Of a DNA stretch of 49,769 bases, positions 27,539-37,856 are shown in pieces. A model generated the notes under the pieces. That model was not told the DNA's origin and searched no databases. It saw only the letters and a program-made list of their open reading frames with translations. Within the stretch, counting starts at the first letter, position 1; each line of letters begins with the position of its first letter. Source of the stretch: an uncultured bacterium (GTDB taxonomy: Bacteria > Bacillota_I > Bacilli_A > RFN20 > CAG-826); contig CASFRI010000039.1 in NCBI GenBank assembly GCA_949297055.1, forward strand, positions 1 to 49,769, read 5' to 3'. Made by a program: the position numbers and the translations under genes.

Positions 27539-27611
27539 ATTAACCTCCTTTCATCAATTTCGCATGCATAAATAAAGGAGTTTTCATTTACACCTTGATT
27601 TAACTATAGTC

Positions 27612-29711
27612 TCAGTCAACTAGAACTCCGGCTTTTTCGAGTTTTTCTCTAATTTTCCATATCCATTGCATTTGCTTAGGTGATGGGATTTTGCCAGTCA
27701 CTTGTATCCTAGATGCTAACTTAAGTAAATCTACCTCTTGATAACTTATAATCCTTCGATTCAAGCCTTCATTAATTAAGCGTTCCCAGTAATCTTTACC
27801 AGCCATAACAATTTCTCTTTCTATATCTAGCTTCTTAGCTAATTTATTTTCCTTAGCATCAGCTTTAGCTTGAGTATCGATTAAATCTTTGTTAATTAAA
27901 TCTTTTATAAACTCTTTTGAAAACTCATATTTTATTTCTCTAAATTTATTCCATGACTCTTCTTTCTTAAATTGTTCCATACCGTTACCGCCAAGTTCTT
28001 GAACAAAGTTGAAAGTCTCATGGGCGATTTTTTCAATTTCAAAATTCAAAGATGGATATAATTCTTGTTTTTTCCATATCATATTATAATCAAGGCAGTA
28101 TCCATCAGGAATCAAAGAAATTAGTTTTGAGATAGCATATGCTACAACACCAGACTTTGTATAGGATTCCGAAATATACCAACTAGCATTTTTTACTATC
28201 TTGTCGGTTGATTTAAATAAAATCGCATAACAAATACAATTTTTGAAAAATTGGTTATTAAAAGCATCAGGCGATTTTTGATATTTATCATCGATTCTTT
28301 CAGCAAAGAAAGACATACATTTTTCTGAACCTTTACTTACTTGGTCAGGCCTTAATAATTCAGCACAAGTATAATATTTCGCCAAATCTTCTTTCTTTAT
28401 AACTTGATTCTTAGGGAACTTTTTCACAAAGTAATCCCTTTCACTCTTTTTTGTGAACTTAAATTGTTCTTGCTCGTATTTACCTCTAGAACGCTCGTAA
28501 TACCACATTGTATTGTTTACAGAATCACCATGTGCTGGAGCTTGAATTGTTTTTGCAAGATTCTCAAATACTCTATGGAAAGGGTGATTTGAAAATAAAT
28601 CGGAATCTTTTACCTTATTTTGGCTATTTGCATACTTAGAAATATTTTGAATCATTGAATCATAATCATCATTTTTTACGACTGTAAGTTTCATGGGCAC
28701 AAAAATATTATCTAATGACATATGGTCTTTAAGAACTGCAGACGTCAATGAAGCTGTAGTTTGGCCTCCATTTATTATTTGTAAGTCCTCCATCGCCAAA
28801 ATGTTATGCCCATCATCGGAAAGATAAACTTTAGATGCAGTGCAAGCAATTCCATTATTATAAGTAAAAAATTTGGTTGGCTCGTTTTTAATTGTTAATC
28901 TAATTCCTTTGTTAATTTTCCCTCTATTGCTTAAGAAAGCACGAACATTACCTTCAAGCAATCTTGAACCATGTTCATAATAAATCTCGTGAAGAAATTT
29001 ACCCGGAACTATAGCTAAATACGCATCATAATCTAAGTTGCCACTCATTTCGGCTTTAATACACGGGATACCATCTAACCCGTATTTTTTTGTTTCAATT
29101 ATGATTGGTTCTCTTTCTTTACCAGATTGATATAACTCATACAAGCGAGAAATAGACCAAATATTTACTTCTACTTTTTTGCCTTGGAATTGTTCGGAAG
29201 GTAATGATTTGATTCTATCGCTTAGTCTTTTATTTGTTACTATAATCAATTTAATTTTATCGATAGATTTATCATCATCTAAATTTATGTAATCAATATG
29301 CATTCTTCTTCCTATGTCGTTACCAATTGAAAGAAGAGAATCAGTTACATCAAAATATTGATTCAATTTATTGTCATATGCTTCGTCTAAAAAATTTATC
29401 ATTCGTTGCTTTGATTGTTCAATTTGCGTTTTTGTGAGAACGGTATTTAAATCATCAACGAAATCGTTGCTAACCAAAACTATTGATTTATCAGATTCGT
29501 CAAATGCATAGGCATCAAACGACATTATTCGCCCATTTCGGCATCTTTTTTGTATTGGAGTAATTTGTGGATCACTAATCTCCCCCATAGAGCTTAAACG
29601 GCTTAGAATATCAGTCAAGAAATAATCGTCAGGAGTTGTACCGTCAATTTGAGCATTAATTCTTATATCATCTAAAAATTCAGTTTCGAATTCTTCAAAT
29701 GTTTGTTCCAT
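27612..29711 (-). CDS. AIPR-family protein (MzaE-like)
   Basis: RLLEGNVRAFL, FFTYNNGI, QIINGGQTT, ISKYANSQN, WYYERSRG. Confidence 0.9.
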   Translation of the reverse strand: MEQTFEEFETEFLDDIRINAQIDGTTPDDYFLTDILSRLSSMGEISDPQITPIQKRCRNGRIMSFDAYAFDESDKSIVLVSNDFVDDLNTVLTKTQIEQSKQRMINFLDEAYDNKLNQYFDVTDSLLSIGNDIGRRMHIDYINLDDDKSIDKIKLIIVTNKRLSDRIKSLPSEQFQGKKVEVNIWSISRLYELYQSGKEREPIIIETKKYGLDGIPCIKAEMSGNLDYDAYLAIVPGKFLHEIYYEHGSRLLEGNVRAFLSNRGKINKGIRLTIKNEPTKFFTYNNGIACTASKVYLSDDGHNILAMEDLQIINGGQTTASLTSAVLKDHMSLDNIFVPMKLTVVKNDDYDSMIQNISKYANSQNKVKDSDLFSNHPFHRVFENLAKTIQAPAHGDSVNNTMWYYERSRGKYEQEQFKFTKKSERDYFVKKFPKNQVIKKEDLAKYYTCAELLRPDQVSKGSEKCMSFFAERIDDKYQKSPDAFNNQFFKNCICYAILFKSTDKIVKNASWYISESYTKSGVVAYAISKLISLIPDGYCLDYNMIWKKQELYPSLNFEIEKIAHETFNFVQELGGNGMEQFKKEESWNKFREIKYEFSKEFIKDLINKDLIDTQAKADAKENKLAKKLDIEREIVMAGKDYWERLINEGLNRRIISYQEVDLLKLASRIQVTGKIPSPKQMQWIWKIREKLEKAGVLVD

Positions 29712-29714
29712 AAC

Positions 29715-30635
29715 CTAATCCTCCATATATTTTTCGATAAGCGATATCAAAATATCGTATTGCACTTTGTTAATTTCCTTAGGCAAAGTGTTTGCTTTAA
29801 TTCGAGGAAAATCTTTGTTTACTAAATACTTTTCAACCTTTACAAAGTTATACACGTAATTATCATAAATTTCATTGAAAGAATATCCGGCTTGCTTTAG
29901 CTTATTAAAAAATAAATCTCTATCAATTTCATAAGTTAATGTACTTGAAATATTAGAAACTAGTTTATTTAATGATATTCCCGAAAAATTTGGACTCATC
30001 TTTTCAAAGAAATAAACTATTAAATGACCATCAAGTTCAGAATCTAATTGCTCTAGAGAAGAAATTGAAACTGAATTTTTGAATGAATTGATTGATTTTA
30101 TTTCATACCACTCATTTTTATATGAAAAGTCTTTATGTGTTGGTTCTGGTCCACTCCATGCGTTTAAGCTATTTGTTATACCATAAGTTTTAAATGCGTA
30201 TTTTTCTAAAAACAAAAGTTCGCCGATTAATCCTAAAACTTCATTTTCTGACAAAGTTTTATTACTAATTGAAAACATTTTTTTCCATTGATTAAACCTA
30301 TTTACAATCTCTTTATATGCATCATCACCACTATAATTTTGGGTTTCATTTATCATATCTACACAAAAATGATAAAACAAAGATAGATTCTCGTTAGAAT
30401 TAAACGAAAACAAAATCGAATTATATCTGCTTGTTTTAACCTGCTTTACCTCTATTAAATTGGTACCTAACACCTTTATTGGAGAAAAAACACCATTAAA
30501 CCTCAGTGTTGCAAAATTTTGATCGTTCTTCCCCAAATATAATTCTAAAGGGTGCGAATCATTAACTCTTAAGTATTGCGATGGCTCTTTTATAGATTCA
30601 ATTTTCTCTTTAACTTCATCGTGTTTCATAATCAT
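29715..30635 (-). CDS. PD-(D/E)xK motif protein DUF4420 (MzaD-like)
   Basis: GLIGELLFL, WSGP, HKDF, YEIKS, ISSLEQLD, DFPRI. Confidence 0.88.
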   Translation of the reverse strand: MIMKHDEVKEKIESIKEPSQYLRVNDSHPLELYLGKNDQNFATLRFNGVFSPIKVLGTNLIEVKQVKTSRYNSILFSFNSNENLSLFYHFCVDMINETQNYSGDDAYKEIVNRFNQWKKMFSISNKTLSENEVLGLIGELLFLEKYAFKTYGITNSLNAWSGPEPTHKDFSYKNEWYEIKSINSFKNSVSISSLEQLDSELDGHLIVYFFEKMSPNFSGISLNKLVSNISSTLTYEIDRDLFFNKLKQAGYSFNEIYDNYVYNFVKVEKYLVNKDFPRIKANTLPKEINKVQYDILISLIEKYMED

Positions 30636-33418
30636 TCCTCATCACATTCATCGGTGTGCTCCATATCAAAGTAATTAACAGTTTTATTAACTGTGTACAT
30701 CGTAGTTTTTAAAGACACATTATCTTTTTGTGGAAAACCAATACTGTAACCAACTACATATGGATATTTCCTATTATCCAGTTCCATTCGAAGCTTAATC
30801 ATATCTCTAAAGTCTTCGCTCGCTTCTTTATCGGAGGTAAAGTATTCTTCATCCAATTCTTCGGGAAGCGAAGGTTTTATAAAATATATAATCAGTAAAG
30901 GGTTTCTACCTTTTATCAAATAATCTTGAGCTTTTGTGTTTGTTAGTGGGACCTGTTCTTCAGAAATACCATACTTTGTATCGGTTCTACCACCCAGTCT
31001 TAATCTACTTTTACTCATTCGTATATCGTTGTCACGAACATCAAACTGTCTACTAACTAATGGAATATCAATTTCAAGTTTAGGAAATGTAAATCTATAT
31101 TGGTTAATTACACCATTAATAGTAGGCTTACCACCAATAACTAAAACATCAAAACTATTTAAGTCTTCTTTATTTTTTCTCATGAAATCGATAATTTGCT
31201 TTTTATCGAAATATATCTCTCCAGTTTGAGAAATATTAAGTGATTCTAACAATTTGAAAATAGATGAAAAAGAAACGTTTCTAAAATATGGGTGCTGAGT
31301 AATATTAAAATCTCTTTGACTTAATTTTAAAGAATCAAAAAACTCCAATGTACTATTGATATTTTTCTCAACTAAATTTAAATCACGTAAAATATAAGGA
31401 GTTTCGAATAATCCGCCCCAAAAAGATTTTCTAATACATTTGTTGATAGTATTTCTCATTTTGTTTGGAGCTGTTATGCCCAATTCAATAGAATCATTTC
31501 TTACGCGAATACCAAAATCTTCTGGCTTTCTGTTTTCTAAGCCCATTGTTTTTATATCGCGTTTCAATGCTTCGATAGATTCGAAAATATATTTGTAATA
31601 ACTATATGAAGTATTAGTAAGCCAAATTCTACACAAATCTGCATACCCATCTCTATATCCAAACCATCTCCCCATTTGCATTAGCACATCAAAAGTAGAG
31701 GTGTTTCTATAAAAATAGCTAATCATTAATCCTTCTAAAGTGAGGCCTCTAGATAAAGCAAGACCGCCTACAGCAATAACTCTTAATCCTTCTTTGTTTT
31801 CATCATAATTAAGTTTAGTTGCGTTTTTTCCCGAATTAATAACTACTATTTTTATTTTTGAAATTGAATCATAAAGATGTGCAAAAACGTTGTCCCATGT
31901 AATTGAATTGCCCTCTTTGCTAAGAGAGCCGTATTGTTCTTCGAAAGTCGTTTTTAAAGACAAAATAATTTTATTTTTCAATGATTGTCTAGGTTGTAGT
32001 TTGTGCGTTTGTTTTACTGTACGCTTAACATTGTTAAAATAGGTTTCAACTAGATCTTTAATTTTTGATTGAACAAGCTTAAATCGAGACATATTCACAA
32101 GCATTGAACGATGTGTGTTTTTGTCAACATCTCTAATGTCTCTAATTGCATTAGCAATAAGAAATGTTCTTATCGAATAGTAGAGAGAATCGAAAAGAGT
32201 TTCACCGTCCCATTCTTTTTTATGCTTCATTGGAAAAATGTTTTCGTTAGCATCCGTAATAAATTGAATATTTTCATTAATGTCAACAAAATATTTTTTA
32301 GGACCGCAATAATTACTTGGTGACTTTAATGCATATATAAAATCCCTTGGAAATAAATCGTCTTTTAGCATCTCATCTTCTTTATCATAACTAATGAAAA
32401 CATTCGCAAATGGCGTTGCTGTAAATCCAACATAGCTGCTTCTGGTAAATAACGATAATAAATTCCTTATTAATCTATTAATCTTTGTAGGATCGTTTTC
32501 TGGTTTATTAGTATTTATAGAAGCGTTATCGGCCTCATCATCAATTATCAATGCAGGATAGTCTATCTTTTGATGATTAATAGTAGTATTAATATTTTTC
32601 AATGAAGAATAAACTTTTTGGAGTACACTTACATTTTTCTTTATAACAAAAATCATAGGTTCTGAGGAATAGTTACTTAACTTATAAGTGGTATTTTGAT
32701 TATCATTTCCAACAAAATCCTTATTCCTACTTGTAAAGGACTTGGGGGTTGGATCGCCACGACCAACGCCAACATCACAGCTATGTACGCTGTCATAACC
32801 AATAAATCCTTCTTCAACTCTCTGTTGAGTTTGTTTACGTAGACTTTCAATAGTGCCAGTTAAAATGAATATGACTTTATATCCGGCATCCGCAGCTTTT
32901 GTAATTAAACCAAGATAATTTGATGTCTTTCCTGATTGGACATCACCAACAACTAATCCTCGGATCGAAAAGGCATCTTCGCTATATGGTTCCCCTAAAT
33001 ACGACATTAAGTTATATAGGGTGTTATCTTCTAAAGTCTTAACAACTTCAACTGGAAAATGTTTATAAGTAAGTAAATAACTTTTGTATCTATCCCAAAA
33101 ATATGTTTTCGAATTATCTGATTGCAACCATTCTTTATACCAATCGTAATTATGATTATAATTTCCTAAGATCACATCGCCTTCTTCTTGATATACGGAA
33201 TAAATTGATTTAATTTTCTTTATAACTTCATTTTTTTCGTTAGGACCAAGTATAATTTGTTCACCAATCTCATTTTTAAATCTATTTTCAGTCTTTTCAA
33301 TGGAATCATTTATAAAATCGTCTGTAACAACAAAATTGGGATTATTGAAAACTTTTACTTTTTTGTATGCCCCAAAATCATCTATGTAAATGCCGAAAAT
33401 TTCATGCCTATCTTTCAT
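30632..33418 (-). CDS. SF2 helicase-like / Z1-domain protein (MzaC-like)
   Basis: Walker A GDVQSGKT, Walker B IIDDEAD, GFTATPFAN, LSRGLTLEGL, DVLMQMGRWFGYR; start ATG 33418 after SD GAGGAG. Confidence 0.92.
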   Translation of the reverse strand: MKDRHEIFGIYIDDFGAYKKVKVFNNPNFVVTDDFINDSIEKTENRFKNEIGEQIILGPNEKNEVIKKIKSIYSVYQEEGDVILGNYNHNYDWYKEWLQSDNSKTYFWDRYKSYLLTYKHFPVEVVKTLEDNTLYNLMSYLGEPYSEDAFSIRGLVVGDVQSGKTSNYLGLITKAADAGYKVIFILTGTIESLRKQTQQRVEEGFIGYDSVHSCDVGVGRGDPTPKSFTSRNKDFVGNDNQNTTYKLSNYSSEPMIFVIKKNVSVLQKVYSSLKNINTTINHQKIDYPALIIDDEADNASINTNKPENDPTKINRLIRNLLSLFTRSSYVGFTATPFANVFISYDKEDEMLKDDLFPRDFIYALKSPSNYCGPKKYFVDINENIQFITDANENIFPMKHKKEWDGETLFDSLYYSIRTFLIANAIRDIRDVDKNTHRSMLVNMSRFKLVQSKIKDLVETYFNNVKRTVKQTHKLQPRQSLKNKIILSLKTTFEEQYGSLSKEGNSITWDNVFAHLYDSISKIKIVVINSGKNATKLNYDENKEGLRVIAVGGLALSRGLTLEGLMISYFYRNTSTFDVLMQMGRWFGYRDGYADLCRIWLTNTSYSYYKYIFESIEALKRDIKTMGLENRKPEDFGIRVRNDSIELGITAPNKMRNTINKCIRKSFWGGLFETPYILRDLNLVEKNINSTLEFFDSLKLSQRDFNITQHPYFRNVSFSSIFKLLESLNISQTGEIYFDKKQIIDFMRKNKEDLNSFDVLVIGGKPTINGVINQYRFTFPKLEIDIPLVSRQFDVRDNDIRMSKSRLRLGGRTDTKYGISEEQVPLTNTKAQDYLIKGRNPLLIIYFIKPSLPEELDEEYFTSDKEASEDFRDMIKLRMELDNRKYPYVVGYSIGFPQKDNVSLKTTMYTVNKTVNYFDMEHTDECDEE

Positions 33419-34889
33419 CGTCAATTCTCCTCTTTACTAAATTTAATATTGTTTCATCGTCAAAAGGCTCATAGGTTTTTAAAACGTTAAAAACATCTTC
33501 GTCAGACTTTCGTAAAAGATTTTTGAGTCGTTTAAATTGATTTATTCCTTCAATAACAATACTGTCCAGCCCTTCCTGTTCCACACTTTTTCCTACAGCG
33601 CGATTGCACATTGAATTAAAAATATCATCATATGGCAATGATGAAGAAACGATATCTAGTAAATGCAATATTTTACTTTTTTCACCATCACCAAAATCAT
33701 CTATAAAATTTTTAATAAACTCCGAATCATTGTTGATGAAAAAAATCTCTTTATTTTCCCTATTTAAACCTTTGTTCCAAATTTTGTTGTTGTCTTTTTC
33801 TAAAGTTAATTTAGCTCTTTTTTCACTTTTAGCTCTAGATTTACTTCTAACATTACTAACAACTTTCTTTAAACTAGCCAAAAGGGCTTTTGGAATATTT
33901 GCATTTTGCTTTTTAATATCAATATCCCATTCCTCATCTAACGTATTAGGAATGTCAACTTTTATACGACCATATTTATACAATTCTGAATTTATATTTG
34001 CAGAAGCTAATCTAAACCATGTCCCATAAATAATAAGTCTATTATTTCTATAAATATAAAACCCTTGACCATTTCGTAGTAAATCATCACCGCCCATTTT
34101 ATCAATATCTTCATTGGTTAAATCATTCATATGTGGCAAAATAAACGGTTGAATTTTGATATCAGATTCAAGGTAATTGATTATGCTAGGCTTTTGAGAG
34201 TCTGTTTTAGGATTATCTTCCAAAAAAGGATCACAACCTTTGACTTTGTCATCATTAATATATATTTTTAAGGGGTTAAATGAATTGTTAATGAATCTAT
34301 GAAATACCAAAGATAAGTGCTTTTCTGCGTCTTCTACTTCCTCCGAAATAGCTTCAAATACTTTCCCATTTGACTTTCGATAAAGAATATCAAAATCTTC
34401 CCAAATCACCAATGTTCCTTGCTTGCTGTTTTTTATGATATTTACCTGCGGAAGATCATCAATCTCTGTTTTCTCTAATTCTAAACAATCCCATGTTTTA
34501 TTTTTCAACACACAGTCTAAATCCCACGAAAAAGCTGATAAGCAATTATCTTTTTTGGAAACAACTGTTAACTTTCGACATTGTGATAATGAGGCTGATT
34601 TTAAGCCTAAACCAAATCTTCCTAAATCTAAAGTACCATACTCAATTCTATCTGAGCCATATTTCATAGCATTCAGCAATTCATCTCTACTCATACCTTC
34701 GCCATTATCAAAAAAGGTAATGAATAACTCTTCTGAATTGATAGGTGTATAAATACGAATCTCAGAAGCATTTGCCGAAATAGAATTATCAATAATATCA
34801 GCAAAAGCTGTTTTAAAGCTATAACCAATGGATCGCATTGAGTTCATCAGAACGTTAGGTGATGGATTATTCAATATGCGCTTAGCCAT
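33408..34889 (-). CDS. MORC/MutL-like GHKL ATPase (MzaB-like)
   Basis: MRSIGYS, DIIDNSISA, DNGEGM, DLGRFGLGLKSASLSQ, GT, QGFYIYRNNRLI, WDIDIKK; start ATG 34889 after GAGGTG. Confidence 0.92.
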   Translation of the reverse strand: MAKRILNNPSPNVLMNSMRSIGYSFKTAFADIIDNSISANASEIRIYTPINSEELFITFFDNGEGMSRDELLNAMKYGSDRIEYGTLDLGRFGLGLKSASLSQCRKLTVVSKKDNCLSAFSWDLDCVLKNKTWDCLELEKTEIDDLPQVNIIKNSKQGTLVIWEDFDILYRKSNGKVFEAISEEVEDAEKHLSLVFHRFINNSFNPLKIYINDDKVKGCDPFLEDNPKTDSQKPSIINYLESDIKIQPFILPHMNDLTNEDIDKMGGDDLLRNGQGFYIYRNNRLIIYGTWFRLASANINSELYKYGRIKVDIPNTLDEEWDIDIKKQNANIPKALLASLKKVVSNVRSKSRAKSEKRAKLTLEKDNNKIWNKGLNRENKEIFFINNDSEFIKNFIDDFGDGEKSKILHLLDIVSSSLPYDDIFNSMCNRAVGKSVEQEGLDSIVIEGINQFKRLKNLLRKSDEDVFNVLKTYEPFDDETILNLVKRRIDDER

Positions 34890-34906
34890 TATCTTCACCT
34901 CTTTTA

Positions 34907-35101
34907 TTAATCATCTAATTTCATGCCTATCTCATCAAAGAGAGCGACAAGTTTCTTTTTGGTATCCATAGTTGGTTCAAACCTACCCGTTTCCCATCTA
35001 CAAACGGAAACATAACTAACATTTAATATCTTAGCTAGTTCCTCTTGCGTTAAGCATTTTCTTTCGCGGCATTCTCTAATCTTTTTAGCATAATCAAACA
35101 T
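34907..35101 (-). CDS. XRE-family HTH regulator at the head of the defence operon
   Basis: LTQEELAKILNVS..SVCRWETGRFEP; 64 aa. Confidence 0.88.
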   Translation of the reverse strand: MFDYAKKIRECRERKCLTQEELAKILNVSYVSVCRWETGRFEPTMDTKKKLVALFDEIGMKLDD

Positions 35102-35373
35102 ATGGTCATCTCAAATGGTTATCAGTAGTTTAACATAAACAAGGTTTAATTTCGATATTTTCATAGAACTTTTACAGCATTTTTTCTCAAAAAGAATAAA
35201 AAGTTTTGTATTACAAAAAGTTTATTGTGGTATAAAAAGTTTTTATTGTAAAATCACGAGCTAAAACTTCATTGTTAGAGAATAGGATGGTAAGTCGCTT
35301 ATGCTCAATTTATGTTAAATATATGCTAATTTTCGCTAATTTAGGCGCAAAAAAAGTTTGAATAGCCATTTCT

Positions 35374-35466
35374 AGCGTATCAAACCATTGCTTTCAATAT
35401 GTGTGTGAATCACTTAATTGATACAAATAGGCTAAAAAGCCATAGGTGTAATCATTAAATTGATAC
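35374..35466. repeat. Cluster of GTATCAA/TTGATAC motifs
   Basis: AGCGTATCAA 35374-35383; TTGATAC 35418-35424 and 35460-35466. Confidence 0.5.
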
Positions 35467-35495
35467 ACTTGGTGGAAGATAAATTGTTTTTATGA

Positions 35496-37709
35496 TTATT
35501 TTCTGCCTAAAACTTCTTTTAACCATGGCAAAAACTTTTTTCTATTTTCTTCTCGCCATTCTTTACAAAGATAATAGTCACTACCATTAATAGTAATTTT
35601 TTCTGAGTAGTATCTATTTCTTCTATCTCCTAAATCGGATTCATCATAAACAAGAATAGGAAGCCAACAACCAAGTCTAGATGAAAATTTCTTGTCCCTT
35701 AAATTGAAAATATCATCATCAGTTAATAAGTTTTCGTTCACCAACTTTTTAATTGATTGAACAACCAATTTACCAATCTTAGTAACTCTTAAATACTTTT
35801 CATCCAACTCGTATTGTAGTTGATGTTCTTCAACTTCGTTAGTCTTTGTAGCATTAGTAGTTGTAAAGCCAAGAGCTGTTAAGAATTTTTCTTTAATAAT
35901 CTCGTTTCTAGATTTAATAAATTCAAGGTAATATTCTTTTAAAGCATCAAAATCGCTATCAGTGTATGGTAAGTCCATAAATTCCAAATCTTCGGCTTTT
36001 GTAAAACTATATTTTGACTCTATCGTTTCAAGTGTATTACCACTCTTTTTTAGATACTCGTTATCTTGATAAAAATTCTTAGACCCTTTTGATCTATTTT
36101 CATACTCTGGCAAATAACATAAATTAGCTATATGAGATATAGGTAATCCTTCACCATTAGTAAGTCTATTTAATGACTTCATTTGGTCTTTAGTTGCAAT
36201 ATGTTCAACATCAAATTTGTCAATTGATAATTGATCCATAGCAGAGAATGAATTCACATAAATTGTATTGAGAATAACATAATCAGTATCAGATGGATTT
36301 GTAACTTGTCTATTTTCTCTTCTTCCAATAAGAGACTCAGAATATGAATCATAAGCAGTACTAAATTGTCCTAAAGAAACAGGAGTAAAGTATCTATTTT
36401 CGGCATTAGCCGTATGAATTTTGCCTGTTCCACCTTCGCCCCAATATTTAGTTAAAATATCGTACACATAATATTTCCAAATATTGTCTTTCAATTTATT
36501 CTTAAATTCTTTCCAAGTGTCTAGAACTTTCAAATTATCATCATTTATGTCATATTTCTTTCTAAAAGTAAAAGCAATATAAGACATAATTTGGTATTGA
36601 GAGTGGAATATTTTTCCATCTTTTCTATTATTACCTTTAAATTTTAAAATAGGATCAATACATTTATTTACAAATTCAATTGAATCAAATAATGCTTTTT
36701 CTAATGTGTCAATCTTATCAATAAATCTTGTTATAATTTTATGAACATCTTTTATTTGACCATGAGCAGTATTAAAACATGCATTTAATAATTGGAAAGC
36801 AATTGGATTTGTTTCATCATCTTTTAAATTCTTATAAAAAGAAAGAGAAGTATATTTATTTTGAATGCATTTTGATAATCCAAAGACATATTCAAAAGCA
36901 TTTAAATTTTTGTTGATTCTCTTTGCATCTCTGTCATAATCTTTAATAGCATATTCACTATCATTTAAAGTATCATACTTTTTAAGAACATATTCGACAA
37001 TATTTTCATTGCTAATTGTAAATTCTCTTCGAGGCCAAGATGCTGCATAAATTTCATATTCTGTAAGAGCAACACCTTTTGAATTGATTCTCTCAAAAAT
37101 TTCAGGTAGTGTGTTTTCATCTCCAGTATAAACAATAGCTGGGATGGTCATAGAACTTAATGATGTGTAGTTCTCCTTTAAAGCTTTAAAATCATTCTTT
37201 AAAATCTTACCAAACTCTGATGACTTGCTCGCTAAAATAGGGAATTTAGAAACTAAAGCATCATATAACTCAAAAATTTCTAAATCATCAAACGTTTTAA
37301 GGCTATGAACATAATCTAGAATTGTCTCGTTAATAATAGCTATTTGTGCATTTTTATCTCCGCTTGAAACAATGAGATTATATATACTTTGAAGTGTTTC
37401 ATCAGATAAATCACATAATTTAAAAAACTTCGAAGGACTTGATAAATATTCTTTTATGCAAGAACCTCTTTGAAGACCATCAATTAATGTGTATATTTCT
37501 TGAGTACCTTCTACAGTTTTATAAAACAATAGTGTACCGATAGGATATCTTTTTCTTAGTGAATCAATAAAAGTTTCTTTTTTATCTTTATTCCATCTTT
37601 TTCCTCTTTGGAACATAGGAATAACAATTTTCTTTTTGCCATTCCACTCTTTTTCAAGAGAATCTTTAATATCCTTAAGAGTCCAAAATTCAGGTGTACA
37701 ATCTGCCAT
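35496..37709 (-). CDS. DUF262 plus HNH-like (DUF1524-type) protein, GmrSD/SspE-like, with an extra C-terminal domain
   Basis: IPMFQR..RW, IDGLQR, FERINSKG; DVEHI...IANLCYLPEYENRSKG; start ATG 37709 after GAGGTG. Confidence 0.85.
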   Translation of the reverse strand: MADCTPEFWTLKDIKDSLEKEWNGKKKIVIPMFQRGKRWNKDKKETFIDSLRKRYPIGTLLFYKTVEGTQEIYTLIDGLQRGSCIKEYLSSPSKFFKLCDLSDETLQSIYNLIVSSGDKNAQIAIINETILDYVHSLKTFDDLEIFELYDALVSKFPILASKSSEFGKILKNDFKALKENYTSLSSMTIPAIVYTGDENTLPEIFERINSKGVALTEYEIYAASWPRREFTISNENIVEYVLKKYDTLNDSEYAIKDYDRDAKRINKNLNAFEYVFGLSKCIQNKYTSLSFYKNLKDDETNPIAFQLLNACFNTAHGQIKDVHKIITRFIDKIDTLEKALFDSIEFVNKCIDPILKFKGNNRKDGKIFHSQYQIMSYIAFTFRKKYDINDDNLKVLDTWKEFKNKLKDNIWKYYVYDILTKYWGEGGTGKIHTANAENRYFTPVSLGQFSTAYDSYSESLIGRRENRQVTNPSDTDYVILNTIYVNSFSAMDQLSIDKFDVEHIATKDQMKSLNRLTNGEGLPISHIANLCYLPEYENRSKGSKNFYQDNEYLKKSGNTLETIESKYSFTKAEDLEFMDLPYTDSDFDALKEYYLEFIKSRNEIIKEKFLTALGFTTTNATKTNEVEEHQLQYELDEKYLRVTKIGKLVVQSIKKLVNENLLTDDDIFNLRDKKFSSRLGCWLPILVYDESDLGDRRNRYYSEKITINGSDYYLCKEWREENRKKFLPWLKEVLGRK

Positions 37710-37816
37710 AATATCACCTCTCACATAATATTTTCGCTTGGCAAATAACTTCTTCTAATTATTTTTATTATATTAAAATGAGACTTATAGGTCTAGACCA
37801 CCTTTCGTTCTTTCGA

Positions 37817-37851
37817 CAAAAACACCTAGCAGAATTTTAATCCACTAGGTG
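37817..37851 (-). terminator. Terminator after the recombinase remnant
   Basis: Minus strand CACCTAGTGGA-TTAAAAT-TCTGCTAGGTG followed by TTTTT. Confidence 0.65.
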
Positions 37852-37856
37852 CTATT

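Noticed and set aside
33257-34752. Plus-strand ORFs of 77-141 aa inside the ATPase and Z1 genes
   Set aside because: Antisense shadows without RBS or motifs; the other short ORFs nested in long genes are rejected for the same reason
35102-35495. mzaA (sigma-like) or vsr remnant in the long intergenic gap
   Set aside because: No ORF of 60 aa or more and no recognisable motif
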